Assembly (NCBI GenBank): GCA_944359365.1
Contig: CALVST010000003.1
Span: 6,395 to 70,394 of the forward strand
DNA: 64,000 nucleotides
DNA from: an uncultured Clostridia bacterium
GTDB taxonomy: Bacteria; Bacillota; Clostridia; Christensenellales; Borkfalkiaceae
Direction of reading: 5' to 3'
In this document: in pieces, positions 8,437 to 17,595 of the stretch
Layout of the letters: every line of letters starts with the position of its first letter
Position numbering within the stretch: position 1 is the stretch's first letter
Program-made: the position numbers and the translations under genes
The notes under the pieces: model-generated
The model's input: only the letters and a program-made list of their open reading frames with translations
Told to the model about the DNA's origin: nothing
Database searches by the model: none

Positions 8437-10033
8437 ATGGCTGCTGCTCGCAAAAATCCAATTTTTGGGCGCTTTCGGGCTGAACAAACTCAGGCACACC
8501 GACGACGCGCGCTTAAAGCGGCGCGCGGGTTGGGCTGCCGCCGCGATCGTTTTGGCGTTCGCCGTGATCGTATTTTACGTCGTCGTCATATCGCTTTTGT
8601 TCGCCGAACAGGGAATCGTATCCGCCCTGCCCGCCTTCATGATCGCCGCGTCTTCCGCGATCGTGTTTATCTTTTCTTTGATACGCGGCTCTTCCATGCT
8701 GTTTGCCGCCAAAGACTACGACGCCGTGATGAGTCTTCCCGTAAAAAAGAGCGACGTCATCCTGTCGCGCCTCTTTACGGCGTACATCTCGAACCTCTTG
8801 TTTGCGCTCGTCGTATGCGTGCCCGCATCTGTCGTTTACTTTATAACGGCAGGGTTTTCGGTCTACCGCTTTTTTGTGATACTTGTGAGCGTTCTGTTCT
8901 CGCCGCTGCTGCCGCTTACGCTTGCCACCGCGCTCGGCACCGTTTTCACCGCCGTATTCGCGAGGTTCAAACATAAAGCGCTCTGGCAGAGCCTCGCAGG
9001 CATATTGGCGCTCGCGGCGATACTGATCGCTAGTTTCGCCATCTCTTACACATCGAATTCGGCATCTGCCGACATGAACGCCGTCGCAGACTTCATGGCG
9101 AAAAAAATGTACCCTCCCGCCGCGCTCGTATCCCTTGCGACAGGCGGAAAGGTGTGGGCGATACTCGCGTTTGCTGGCGCAAACGCCACGGCTTATGCGC
9201 TGTTCGTGGCTTGTGTTTCGCCCTTCTATACAAAAATAAACGCGCTGCTTGCCGCAAAGAGCGCGGGCGCCGCATACAACGAAAAACAGATACGCGTGGC
9301 GTCTGCATTCGGCGCACTCGTAAAAAAGGAGATGAAGCGGCTGTTCTCTTCCGCGGCGTACCTGATGAACTCGCTGACGGGCGCGCTGTTCCTTTTGATC
9401 ATGGCAGTCGCGTTCCTTATATTCGATCCCATACAGCTCCTGAACGAGGTGATCGCCGCCCAAGCCGGCGCAGAACTTTCCGCCGATTTGTTTTTGTATC
9501 CGTGCGCGGCGTTCGCGCTTTTGTTCGCGGGCATGACGTTCCCGTCCGCCTCTTCCATCACGATGGAGGGGAAGTCGCGATGGATCATGTGCTCTCTTCC
9601 GATCCCCGCCAAAACGATATTTACCGCAAAATCGCTCGTCGGGTTCCTCTTTTCCGCGCCGTTCGCGCTCTTTTTCAGCGTCGTGGTTTGCGCGCAATCA
9701 AACGCTGCCGCGCCGCAATGGATACTGCTCCTGCTCGTGCCGACCGTATACTGTGCCTTTATTTCCATGGCGGGGACTTTTTTGAACTATAAATTCCCAA
9801 AATACGATTGGACGAACGAAACGTCTGCTATAAAGAACAGCGTACCCGTGCTCATCCTGTCGCTCGGCGGCATGGTGCCTGAAATTGCGGTGCTCGTGCT
9901 GTCTTTCATGCTCGGACAGAACGGTTTCATACCCCTGCTCGTCCTCGGCGGGGCGGCGCTTGCCGGCTGTTTCGCGCTTTGGTTCGGCTTTTTCCGCCGC
10001 GCGAGATTGTTCGACAGTCCTCCTTCCGCATGA
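8426..10033 (+). CDS. ABC-2 type permease, two-repeat multi-TM protein
   Basis: Highly hydrophobic, two SLP[VI] motifs, coupled to the ATPase. Confidence 0.8.
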   Translation: MKAKWLLLAKIQFLGAFGLNKLRHTDDARLKRRAGWAAAAIVLAFAVIVFYVVVISLLFAEQGIVSALPAFMIAASSAIVFIFSLIRGSSMLFAAKDYDAVMSLPVKKSDVILSRLFTAYISNLLFALVVCVPASVVYFITAGFSVYRFFVILVSVLFSPLLPLTLATALGTVFTAVFARFKHKALWQSLAGILALAAILIASFAISYTSNSASADMNAVADFMAKKMYPPAALVSLATGGKVWAILAFAGANATAYALFVACVSPFYTKINALLAAKSAGAAYNEKQIRVASAFGALVKKEMKRLFSSAAYLMNSLTGALFLLIMAVAFLIFDPIQLLNEVIAAQAGAELSADLFLYPCAAFALLFAGMTFPSASSITMEGKSRWIMCSLPIPAKTIFTAKSLVGFLFSAPFALFFSVVVCAQSNAAAPQWILLLLVPTVYCAFISMAGTFLNYKFPKYDWTNETSAIKNSVPVLILSLGGMVPEIAVLVLSFMLGQNGFIPLLVLGGAALAGCFALWFGFFRRARLFDSPPSA

Positions 10034-10046
10034 TCTCCCGATTTAT

Positions 10047-10090
10047 AAAACAGCCCCCGTCCGCGGCTTTGCCGCAGGCGGGGGCATTCT
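10047..10090. terminator. Terminator between convergent genes
   Basis: gcccccgtccgcggc-ttt-gccgcaggcgggggc hairpin. Confidence 0.7.
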
Positions 10091-10122
10091 TGTTTACCGT
10101 TCAATTGTAATGCGAAAGCGCG

Positions 10123-11766
10123 TCAGCTCTTTCTTACCTTGACGACTTTGCCGCCCGTCAGCGCGATCATTTTGACCGCGGGAAGGGAAAATTCATTCGC
10201 CTCGACGGTGAGCGACTTTTCCAAACTGCCCCGCGCCAACACTTTATAAGCGGAGGCTTTTTTGTCTACCAAGCCCTTTTCCTGCAATGCGGCGAGCGTA
10301 ACGCGTTCGCCCTCGCGGAAGTTGGCGGAAATGGTATCGAGGTTCACATACGAGCGCCTGCCCCTGCCCGCGCGGGAAGGCGCGGCCTCGTCTGCAAGTG
10401 CCACGAGCTGTTTTGCCGTCGCGTCGGATATGAGCATTTCCGCTTCATTTACGCTGACGCGGTCGGTGACGGTATAGGCGGACAGGCTCTCCACGGTGGC
10501 GCCCTCTTCGATGTACTGTTCAAGCTCCTCTTCCGTGACCGTTTCGCCCGTTTCGCGCTTGGCATATACTTTGATCAGGCGCTTTTTGATGAGCGCATCC
10601 CGTTCCTCGTAAGGTATATCGAGCGTTTCTTCAAACCTCTTAAAATCCAACGACAGTTTTGCCGCCGCCTGTTCGATGAGCTCCGACGCGTATTTGAAAC
10701 TGCGGCTGCCCGTTATTTTATAGCGGACGGGGACCGACGCATAGCGTTTCTTTTCGGAAACGTCGCGGAAGTTGTACTTTTCGTCCACTTCTTCGGGAGA
10801 AAGCGCCAAATACAAAATAATGCTCTTTTTGTTCGCGTTCAGTTTGGCAAACTGCCGCCGCCCGACATTGAAACTGTCGTAATTCCAACTGACGCGCTCC
10901 TTTACGCCGACGTAAGAGAGCAGTTTGCTGCGGATACGGTTGTAGTAGTCCTTCATTTCGTCGTCTGCCTGGATCAGGCGCGCGCGGAAACTGCGGCGGT
11001 ACTGCACGAATACCTTCGCCCCGCTGACAAGCGTCACGAGCGCGTTGTCTATTTCGTCCCCTTCCGACGCCTCTTCTTCGTCCGCATCGTCCTCTGCATC
11101 TTCCGCGGCGGGTTCCGCAACGGTTTCCTCATGCGCTTGTGCAGACGTTTCCACGGCGGGCTCTTCGACGGCCTCGCTCTCTTCTGACTTTACATTTTCT
11201 TCGGATTCGGCATCTTCTGCGGGTTCGGCGATTTCACCCGCATCGACCTCTTCGGGCGTTTCATCCTCGGAAGGCTGAATTGCGGGGCTCTCCTCTGCCG
11301 GCTCTGCGATTTCTTCCGCCAAGACATCTTCCGCGGGTGCCTGTTCGCTTTGTAGTGCCGAATCTTCCGTTATCGCATTGTCCGAAACAGTGTCCTCTGT
11401 TTCGTTTGCAACAGCGATTTTTTCCCACTTCGCATAAAAAGTGACCGATTTTGCCGACGCCTGCACCTTTTTCCCCGCAGGCGCGGTGCAGGCGGCGTCC
11501 GTATACCACCCCGCAAACGTATACCCATCCCTGGAAGGCTCCGGCAGATCTACCGCCTTATATCTTCCCGTTTTGATGACCTGTTTTTTTCCTTCGCCCT
11601 CGTCGAGTATCACGGTCGAACGGCGCGCAAGAAGCACGAGGCACACGAGCAAAAGGACGATCGCCGCGGCCGCAACGATCATGAGAACGATCATCGTGGG
11701 CCCGCCCGAACCCGTCTTTAAATCTTCCCAAAAGGAAGCGAGCATTGCATTCATATAATCATTCAC
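10123..11766 (-). CDS. Membrane-anchored protein: TM + InlB B-repeat + acidic linker + conserved domain + C-terminal uL15-like domain (paralog A)
   Basis: SD AAAGGAGG before GTG. Hydrophobic MIVLMIVAAAAIVLLLVCLVLLA then RR. B-repeat PEPSRDGYTFAGWY...FYAKW. C-terminus VNLDTISANFREGERVTLAALQEKGLV...KVLARGSLEKSLTVEANEFS...TGGKV resembles the uL15 globular domain. Confidence 0.85.
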   Translation of the reverse strand: MNDYMNAMLASFWEDLKTGSGGPTMIVLMIVAAAAIVLLLVCLVLLARRSTVILDEGEGKKQVIKTGRYKAVDLPEPSRDGYTFAGWYTDAACTAPAGKKVQASAKSVTFYAKWEKIAVANETEDTVSDNAITEDSALQSEQAPAEDVLAEEIAEPAEESPAIQPSEDETPEEVDAGEIAEPAEDAESEENVKSEESEAVEEPAVETSAQAHEETVAEPAAEDAEDDADEEEASEGDEIDNALVTLVSGAKVFVQYRRSFRARLIQADDEMKDYYNRIRSKLLSYVGVKERVSWNYDSFNVGRRQFAKLNANKKSIILYLALSPEEVDEKYNFRDVSEKKRYASVPVRYKITGSRSFKYASELIEQAAAKLSLDFKRFEETLDIPYEERDALIKKRLIKVYAKRETGETVTEEELEQYIEEGATVESLSAYTVTDRVSVNEAEMLISDATAKQLVALADEAAPSRAGRGRRSYVNLDTISANFREGERVTLAALQEKGLVDKKASAYKVLARGSLEKSLTVEANEFSLPAVKMIALTGGKVVKVRKS

Positions 11767-11793
11767 CTGTACAGCCCTCCTTTATTCGGGTAT

Positions 11794-11822
11794 ATTATAT
11801 CACAAACGGCGCCGCAAAACAA
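11794..11822 (-). promoter_or_regulatory. SigA-type promoter of paralog A
   Basis: Minus strand TTGTTT-17 nt-TATAAT with extended TG. Confidence 0.6.
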
Positions 11823-11886
11823 GCCGATGCGCCGTTTTTCCGAAAACGTATCCGTCAAAATGCGACACTGTTCGCAAAACGGTGTT

Positions 11887-12987
11887 TCACTGCCGATCGC
11901 CCACGGAATTTTTCAGCACGCGGAAGAGGTCTTCTTCCGAAAAATGCACGCGGCAGTTTTTAATGTTTTTATTGACGGACGCCTTCTCGGCATACGCGCG
12001 CAGTTTTTCGCCGTCTATCTTTTCCCTTTCGCCCAGCAGCGGCGAAAGCGCCGCCGCAAGCTCTTCGCTCGTTTCGAACCCCGCGGCGCCGAGTATCTCT
12101 TTTACGCGCGCGGGCGCACGCTCTTCGCAAACGGAAAAAAACGCAGGGAGCAGCAGTCCGTTTGCCCTGCCGTGCGGCGCACCGTGGAAATATGTGAGCG
12201 AATAGCCCATGGAATGCACGGCACAGGTGCCCGTGTTTGCGATGACCATGCCCGCAAGCGTTGAGGCGTACAAAAGCGCGTCGCGGTCGTCGTCGGAATA
12301 CTTTCCTTCGGTAAGCGCGGGCAGCTCAGCGCGCAGGATGCGCAGGCTCTCCTTTGCGAGCGCGTCTGAAAGCGCCCCCGCCCTTACCGACAGCATGCCT
12401 TCCATCGCGTGCGACATCGCGTCCATCGCCGTGTAAACGGTCGTATCCTGCGGCAGCGAACGCATATATTTGCCGTCCAGAAAGGCAAGTTTTGGAAAAA
12501 ACGCGGGGTTTGAAATGCTCGTTTTCGTCTGTTTTTCGTCGTTGGTCAGAATGGAATAAGGAGTCACTTCGCTGCCCGTGCCCGCCGTCGTGGGAATGTG
12601 TATCATGGGGAGCACGTCGTCCGAAGGCGCATAGGAAAAAATATCTTCCGCCTCCTGACGGGCAAGCATGGCGATCGCCTTTGCCGCGTCCATCGGAGAA
12701 CCGCCGCCTATGGCGATGATAAACTCCGCGCCGAACTCCCTCGCAAGGCGGCCGCCTTCCCGCACGCTCGCAACGGTAGGATTGGGCGGTATCTTATCGT
12801 ACACGCACGAACTCTGCCCGTTCGAGGAAAGCGCCGCTTCCGCGTCGGCAAGCGCGCCGTTCGTTTTAGAACTTTTTCCCGTAACGATGAGCGCATTTTT
12901 TCCGAACGGCGCAAAGAGCGCGGCATTTTCGCGCACGCAATCTCTGCCGCAGACAAGTTTGACGGGCATATAATATCCGAATTTCAT
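11887..12987 (-). CDS. Iron-containing alcohol dehydrogenase
   Basis: AIGGGSPMDAAK, PTTAGTGSEVT, DAMSHAME and HSMGY...HG motifs. Confidence 0.93.
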   Translation of the reverse strand: MKFGYYMPVKLVCGRDCVRENAALFAPFGKNALIVTGKSSKTNGALADAEAALSSNGQSSCVYDKIPPNPTVASVREGGRLAREFGAEFIIAIGGGSPMDAAKAIAMLARQEAEDIFSYAPSDDVLPMIHIPTTAGTGSEVTPYSILTNDEKQTKTSISNPAFFPKLAFLDGKYMRSLPQDTTVYTAMDAMSHAMEGMLSVRAGALSDALAKESLRILRAELPALTEGKYSDDDRDALLYASTLAGMVIANTGTCAVHSMGYSLTYFHGAPHGRANGLLLPAFFSVCEERAPARVKEILGAAGFETSEELAAALSPLLGEREKIDGEKLRAYAEKASVNKNIKNCRVHFSEEDLFRVLKNSVGDRQ

Positions 12988-13165
12988 AGGCTCCGGCTCC
13001 TGTTTTCATTTTACAGATATATGCATATAGTTTACACCGTGTGCGCCCGCTCTGTCAAGCGGCGAAGCGAAAAAGCGCCTTTTCGAAAAACTATATTTTT
13101 TTGCTTTCTATAAACAAGTTTATTGACATTGACTTCCGCACCTTCGGCGCAGCGTCTGTTACCAT

Positions 13166-13306
13166 GCGCACCGCCTTTCCACCATACGCGACGCGAATTG
13201 CATCCTCTTTATGGAAAAGGGCAACATCATCGAACAGGGCACCCACCGCGAACTGCTCGAAAAGGGCGGCGCCTACGCCGCGCTGTACAACAGCCAATTC
13301 GCCTGA
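13166..13306 (+). pseudogene. Orphan C-terminal fragment of an ABC exporter ATPase domain
   Basis: Translates [46 protein letters not shown]-stop. No in-frame start and no upstream domain. Confidence 0.85.
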
Positions 13307-13330
13307 GCGCCCGCAAGTTCAAAACGTATA

Positions 13331-13361
13331 AAAAGCCCGCGGCATAAAGCCGCGGGCTTTT
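13331..13361. terminator. Bidirectional terminator
   Basis: aaaagcccgcggc-ataaa-gccgcgggctttt. Confidence 0.85.
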
Positions 13362-13374
13362 AATTGCTTATCGG

Positions 13375-14205
13375 TCATTTTTTGCTGTTCATGCCGAAGA
13401 TGTCCGTTCCCCCGCTCGCCTTTTTTACGGCTATGTATTCGGGATCGGATGAAAAATCGCGCTGTTTGCCGTATTCGCCGCCGAGCGCTTCTATCGCGTA
13501 TTTCAGTTCCTGAAAGGCGATATACCCTACGTCCTTTTCGATCTCTTCGAGAAGATAAGGCAGGGCGCGGTCGTCCCCGTAAGAGGCGAGATACCCCGCA
13601 TACAGCGGCATTTCCTTCTTTTCGCTCTCCAAAAACGCCTGCAACAGGCGCGAAAACGCGCGGTCGTCCTTGCTTTTGAGTTTCGACAGTATTTCAAGCG
13701 CATATGCGCGGTTTTCGGTATCGCACAAAGCGAGCATCTCTTCGAGCACCGAATCCGCACAGGTTTTCAGCACGTCCGCAACGGCATCCTTTATATGTTC
13801 GTCGTAATCTTCTGACGCGAGCATCTCTGCATAGCGCCCGCGCGCGGCTCTGTCTGCCCCGATCAGGTTGATCGCATAGTGCACGAGCTCTTCGTCCGTT
13901 TCCTGCAAAAGCCCCAAAAGCTCGGGAAACACCCCGCGGGATTCTATCTCTTCGCACAAAAAGTCGGATACGGGCAACTGCTGCAAAAGGTACTCTTTCA
14001 GCGTTTCCACAAGCCCGCCGTCGCTCATCTCCTTAAAATATTGGCGGGGCGTTTTGCCGATCTTACGGATGACGGTATCGCCGAATTTGCGGTATGCCGC
14101 GGCGATCAGATCTTCCCACTCGTCCTCGGTATGTTCTTCGGCGTGCTTTTCAAGCATATCCGCCATGCGTTTGTTGAATATTTCGTCAAAGTCGATGAAT
14201 TGCAT
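13375..14205 (-). CDS. Hypothetical alpha-helical protein, HEAT-repeat-like
   Basis: Helical acidic protein with a YLASYGDDRALPYL PBS-lyase/HEAT-like segment; last gene of the hslO operon. Confidence 0.6.
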   Translation of the reverse strand: MQFIDFDEIFNKRMADMLEKHAEEHTEDEWEDLIAAAYRKFGDTVIRKIGKTPRQYFKEMSDGGLVETLKEYLLQQLPVSDFLCEEIESRGVFPELLGLLQETDEELVHYAINLIGADRAARGRYAEMLASEDYDEHIKDAVADVLKTCADSVLEEMLALCDTENRAYALEILSKLKSKDDRAFSRLLQAFLESEKKEMPLYAGYLASYGDDRALPYLLEEIEKDVGYIAFQELKYAIEALGGEYGKQRDFSSDPEYIAVKKASGGTDIFGMNSKK

Positions 14206-14208
14206 TTT

Positions 14209-15948
14209 TCATTCCTCCTCGCTCTTTCCGTCGCTTTCTTCCGCCTGCGGCGAGTCCGCGCGCGTTGCGGCGATCTCTTTTTCCGCATCCGCGTTGACGG
14301 CGCGCAGTATTTCCGCGACCGCCATGCTGTCGCCGCCCACCGCGCCGAGCGCTTCCTTCGCCCTTTTCAGCGCGTTTTCGGACGCGACGAAAAAGATGGC
14401 GCAGGCGAGGCTCTCCGCATCCGACGCGAGCGACAGTTTGTCCTCCCGTTCGAGCGCCGCATAAATGCGCTCCGCCGCCGATCTGAACGATTCGCAGTCT
14501 TCGTCGGCAAGGAAACAAAACCGCGCAAACGCCAAAGCATACGCCGCAATGAAGCGGCTGCGCTTTGTTCTGCCTACGTCGAGCTTTACGAACGTCGCAC
14601 AGCGGTAGATGTCCGCGACGACCACGCCCGCCTCAAAATCTTTGTTGCGCTCGGCGAGATATCGCAAGCCCTCTATTTTGATGACGTCGTTGAGCGTGCT
14701 GTCTAAAAGAAGATCGCGCACGAATGCGTCCATGCCCGCCCTTACGGCAAGCCGCATCCCGAGCAGCATCAGTTCCGCATCGGCGCCGTCCGCCTCGTCG
14801 AAACACCATTCGAGATGATCGGTGATATCCACCTTCTCCAAAAAGGCGTCGAGCGCGGCGCGGGGCATCTCTGCGAGAGACGCCAATATTTTTACCCTCG
14901 TTTCGCGCTCTTTTTTCGGAACGCGGTAAAAAAAGCTCGTTTCGGGTTCCGCGCCGCCCTCTTCCGCATAGCGGCGGATCTCGCCGAAATAATAGCGCGC
15001 GACGGCGGCGTTCGGGTAAATGTCGATCAGTTTTGCAAATGCGGCAAGGCTTTCCTGTACCCTGCCGCTCTTGAATGCGGCGACCGCTTTGAAGTATAAC
15101 AGCGTAAGGTCGTAATGCACCTGCTTTTCGAGGGTGCAGAACTTTTCATAAGCCTCGTCATAGAGCTTATTCTCGCAGCAGACGGTGGCGATCTTATACA
15201 GCTCGTCCGCATTTTCCGCGGGCAGGGCGGCAAGCTTTTCCGCCACCCTTCTGCTCTCTTGCGGGCGCCCCTGTTCGGTGAGCACCGCCGCATAGGTTGT
15301 CAGAACGGGTATATCTTCCTCATTTTGCACAAGCCGCTCGAGGCATATCTCTTCCGCTGCAGCCGCGTCGCCCTGCATCAGTTTGGAAAGGGCGAGAAAA
15401 TTCTGCGCCTGCCCGTAGCACGGCGCGCCTTCGGGCACGGAGGAAAAAACTTCGTCCGCCTTTTTATAATCCCCGCCGCGCAGCGCGCGCAGACCGCCCT
15501 CCAATTCTTCCGAATAATCCGCCTCTTCGGGCGGGTACACGATGCGGAACCGCCGCTTCGCGGGTTCCGCGAACATTTCCCCCAATTCCAAGCCGTTTTC
15601 GGGAGAAACATATTTATCGTGCATCATAAGGTTGTAATAGAACGCCGCCTGCATATCGCTGCCCAAATTATAGTAACACGCGGCAAGCCCTTCGTATGCG
15701 TCGGCAACTTCCTCTTCCGCGCACACGTCCAAAAACTTATACCAATAATTGACGGCGCATTCATACAGTTCCATTTCGTCGTAAATATCGGCGAACATGG
15801 AATACTCGTCGGCGGTGGCGCCGTTCTTTTCCACAGATTTGCGCAAAACGCGCAGCGCCCCGATGTAATCCTTTTCGTCAAGTTTTTTTTCGGCAATATC
15901 TAAGAGCGTATCCGCGCTCAGATCGAATTTTATCACCTTTTCTTCCAT
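14209..15948 (-). CDS. Tetratricopeptide repeat protein
   Basis: Repeated TPR-like helix pairs, e.g. AYEGLAACYYNLG and LLYFKAVAAFKSG...AFAKLIDIYP. Confidence 0.75.
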   Translation of the reverse strand: MEEKVIKFDLSADTLLDIAEKKLDEKDYIGALRVLRKSVEKNGATADEYSMFADIYDEMELYECAVNYWYKFLDVCAEEEVADAYEGLAACYYNLGSDMQAAFYYNLMMHDKYVSPENGLELGEMFAEPAKRRFRIVYPPEEADYSEELEGGLRALRGGDYKKADEVFSSVPEGAPCYGQAQNFLALSKLMQGDAAAAEEICLERLVQNEEDIPVLTTYAAVLTEQGRPQESRRVAEKLAALPAENADELYKIATVCCENKLYDEAYEKFCTLEKQVHYDLTLLYFKAVAAFKSGRVQESLAAFAKLIDIYPNAAVARYYFGEIRRYAEEGGAEPETSFFYRVPKKERETRVKILASLAEMPRAALDAFLEKVDITDHLEWCFDEADGADAELMLLGMRLAVRAGMDAFVRDLLLDSTLNDVIKIEGLRYLAERNKDFEAGVVVADIYRCATFVKLDVGRTKRSRFIAAYALAFARFCFLADEDCESFRSAAERIYAALEREDKLSLASDAESLACAIFFVASENALKRAKEALGAVGGDSMAVAEILRAVNADAEKEIAATRADSPQAEESDGKSEEE

Positions 15949-15976
15949 TTTTCCGTTATCCGCCCCGTATGTATGT

Positions 15977-16855
15977 TCACGCGCGGGAATTTTTTATGAT
16001 CGCCTCCGCATCCTCGGGCGAAAATTCGTAATCTGTATTGCAATAATGGCAGTGCACGCTTATTTTCCCCTGCTCGGCGACGATATCCCGCAGTTCCTTT
16101 TCGCCCATCGCCGCGAGTATCCCCTCTATATAATGTCTGCTGCAATTGCACTTATATTCGGGCTTTAATTTGTAAAATGTGACATTCCCGAAATATTTTT
16201 CCGCAAGTTCTTCCGCACTCATCTGTTCCAGAAGCGAACTTACGGCAGAAAACTGCCCGATCGCCTCTTCCGCTTTTTGAATGCTCTCCTCGCTTGCGCC
16301 CGGCAACGGCTGCAAAAACACGCCGCCCGCGCCGAGGCACTTGCCCTCTTTCGATATTTTCACGCCGACGGCGACCGCCGTGGGGAGCTGTTCGCTGTAA
16401 GTAAAATACGCGGCGATATCTTCCCCGATCTCTCCGCTGACGAGGGGCGTCGTGCCTACGAAAGGCTGATTTTCCCCGTCGTCGCGCACGACGGAGAGAT
16501 AGCCGTTCTTCCCCACGCAGCCGCCCACGTCGAGTTTTCCCATAGCGTTGGGCAGAAGCGCCGCCTGCGGGTTCTCGATATATCCGCGCATATGCAGCGC
16601 CTTGTCGCCGCTGACATATATCGCCCCGCCGACGCCGTCTCCCTTGACCGTAACGGAAAGGGCGCTGCCCTCCGTTTTGAGAGAAGAACACATATATGCC
16701 GCCGCCGTAAGAGTTCTGCCGAGCGCCGCGGCGGAAAGGGGCGAAAGCCCGTGCACGCGGATCGCCTCGTTTACGAGCGCTGTCGTATCTGCCACCGCGA
16801 GCGACACCTCGCCGTTATAAATAAGCCCGCGCAAGATCGCGTCCTGTTTTTCCAT
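15977..16855 (-). CDS. hslO: Hsp33 redox-regulated chaperone
   Basis: Start reassigned to ATG 16855 (MEKQDAIL). Contains ALGRTLT, SGEIGEDIAAYFTYSEQLPT and the zinc centre CNCS...CHYC. Confidence 0.93.
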   Translation of the reverse strand: MEKQDAILRGLIYNGEVSLAVADTTALVNEAIRVHGLSPLSAAALGRTLTAAAYMCSSLKTEGSALSVTVKGDGVGGAIYVSGDKALHMRGYIENPQAALLPNAMGKLDVGGCVGKNGYLSVVRDDGENQPFVGTTPLVSGEIGEDIAAYFTYSEQLPTAVAVGVKISKEGKCLGAGGVFLQPLPGASEESIQKAEEAIGQFSAVSSLLEQMSAEELAEKYFGNVTFYKLKPEYKCNCSRHYIEGILAAMGEKELRDIVAEQGKISVHCHYCNTDYEFSPEDAEAIIKNSRA

Positions 16856-16863
16856 ATGATTTA

Positions 16864-17595
16864 TTATACCCTTTTCGCAATAAAATTGACGCGCGTTCCG
16901 TCTTCGGCACTGCCGAGCGCGCCCTCCGTTTTCAGACACAAAAAGCCCGCCTTTTCCAATTCTTCCCGCAAAAACGCCTCGGAATGGATGTACTGCACAT
17001 GGTGCTCGTCCGCACGGGAAAACAAGCCGTCGCCGCGGCGGGAAAACACGGTAACGTCCATTTCCACCCTGTCGGGATACAGGCGGTTGAACCACATATA
17101 AGCGACCTCTTCCCTGTCCTCGCAGAAGGTGTTGTTCCCGACGATCTCGCGCAGTTTATATTCGGAAGACACGTCGAACAAAAACGCGCCGCCCTTTTTC
17201 AGCGCCGCCGCCACGCGGCGCAGCGCCGCGGGAATATCTTTCGGCGGCACATAGTTGAAACAATCGTTGACGGCGACGGCAAAATCCGCCCTGCCGTTTA
17301 TTTTCAGCTTTCTGACGTCCGCAAGCACATACTGCGGCTTTGCCGCGCCGCCCTTTCGCGCTTCCGCTTGGGCAAGCATTTCGGGGCTGACGTCAAAGCC
17401 GGTCATGTCGTAGCCCGAATTTTGAAAATAACGGGTGAAATAACCGCTGCCGCAACCGATGTCGAGCCCTCTTCCGCCGGGCGCCGTGCCCGCCTCTTTC
17501 AGCCGCTTATGCAAATACTGCGACCATTTTTCATAGTCGCAGTCTTGATTGAGATATTCGAACCAGCCGGCAAGCCCCGTATAAGCGGCGCTCAC
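16864..17595 (-). CDS. Class I SAM-dependent methyltransferase
   Basis: LDIGCGSG motif I, GFDVSPEML and DCFNY. Confidence 0.9.
   Translation of the reverse strand: MSAAYTGLAGWFEYLNQDCDYEKWSQYLHKRLKEAGTAPGGRGLDIGCGSGYFTRYFQNSGYDMTGFDVSPEMLAQAEARKGGAAKPQYVLADVRKLKINGRADFAVAVNDCFNYVPPKDIPAALRRVAAALKKGGAFLFDVSSEYKLREIVGNNTFCEDREEVAYMWFNRLYPDRVEMDVTVFSRRGDGLFSRADEHHVQYIHSEAFLREELEKAGFLCLKTEGALGSAEDGTRVNFIAKRV

Noticed and set aside
10123-11766. Annotating paralogs A and B simply as rplO (50S protein L15)
   Set aside because: They are over three times too long, membrane-anchored, lack the N-terminal arm, occur twice and lie outside the spc operon.
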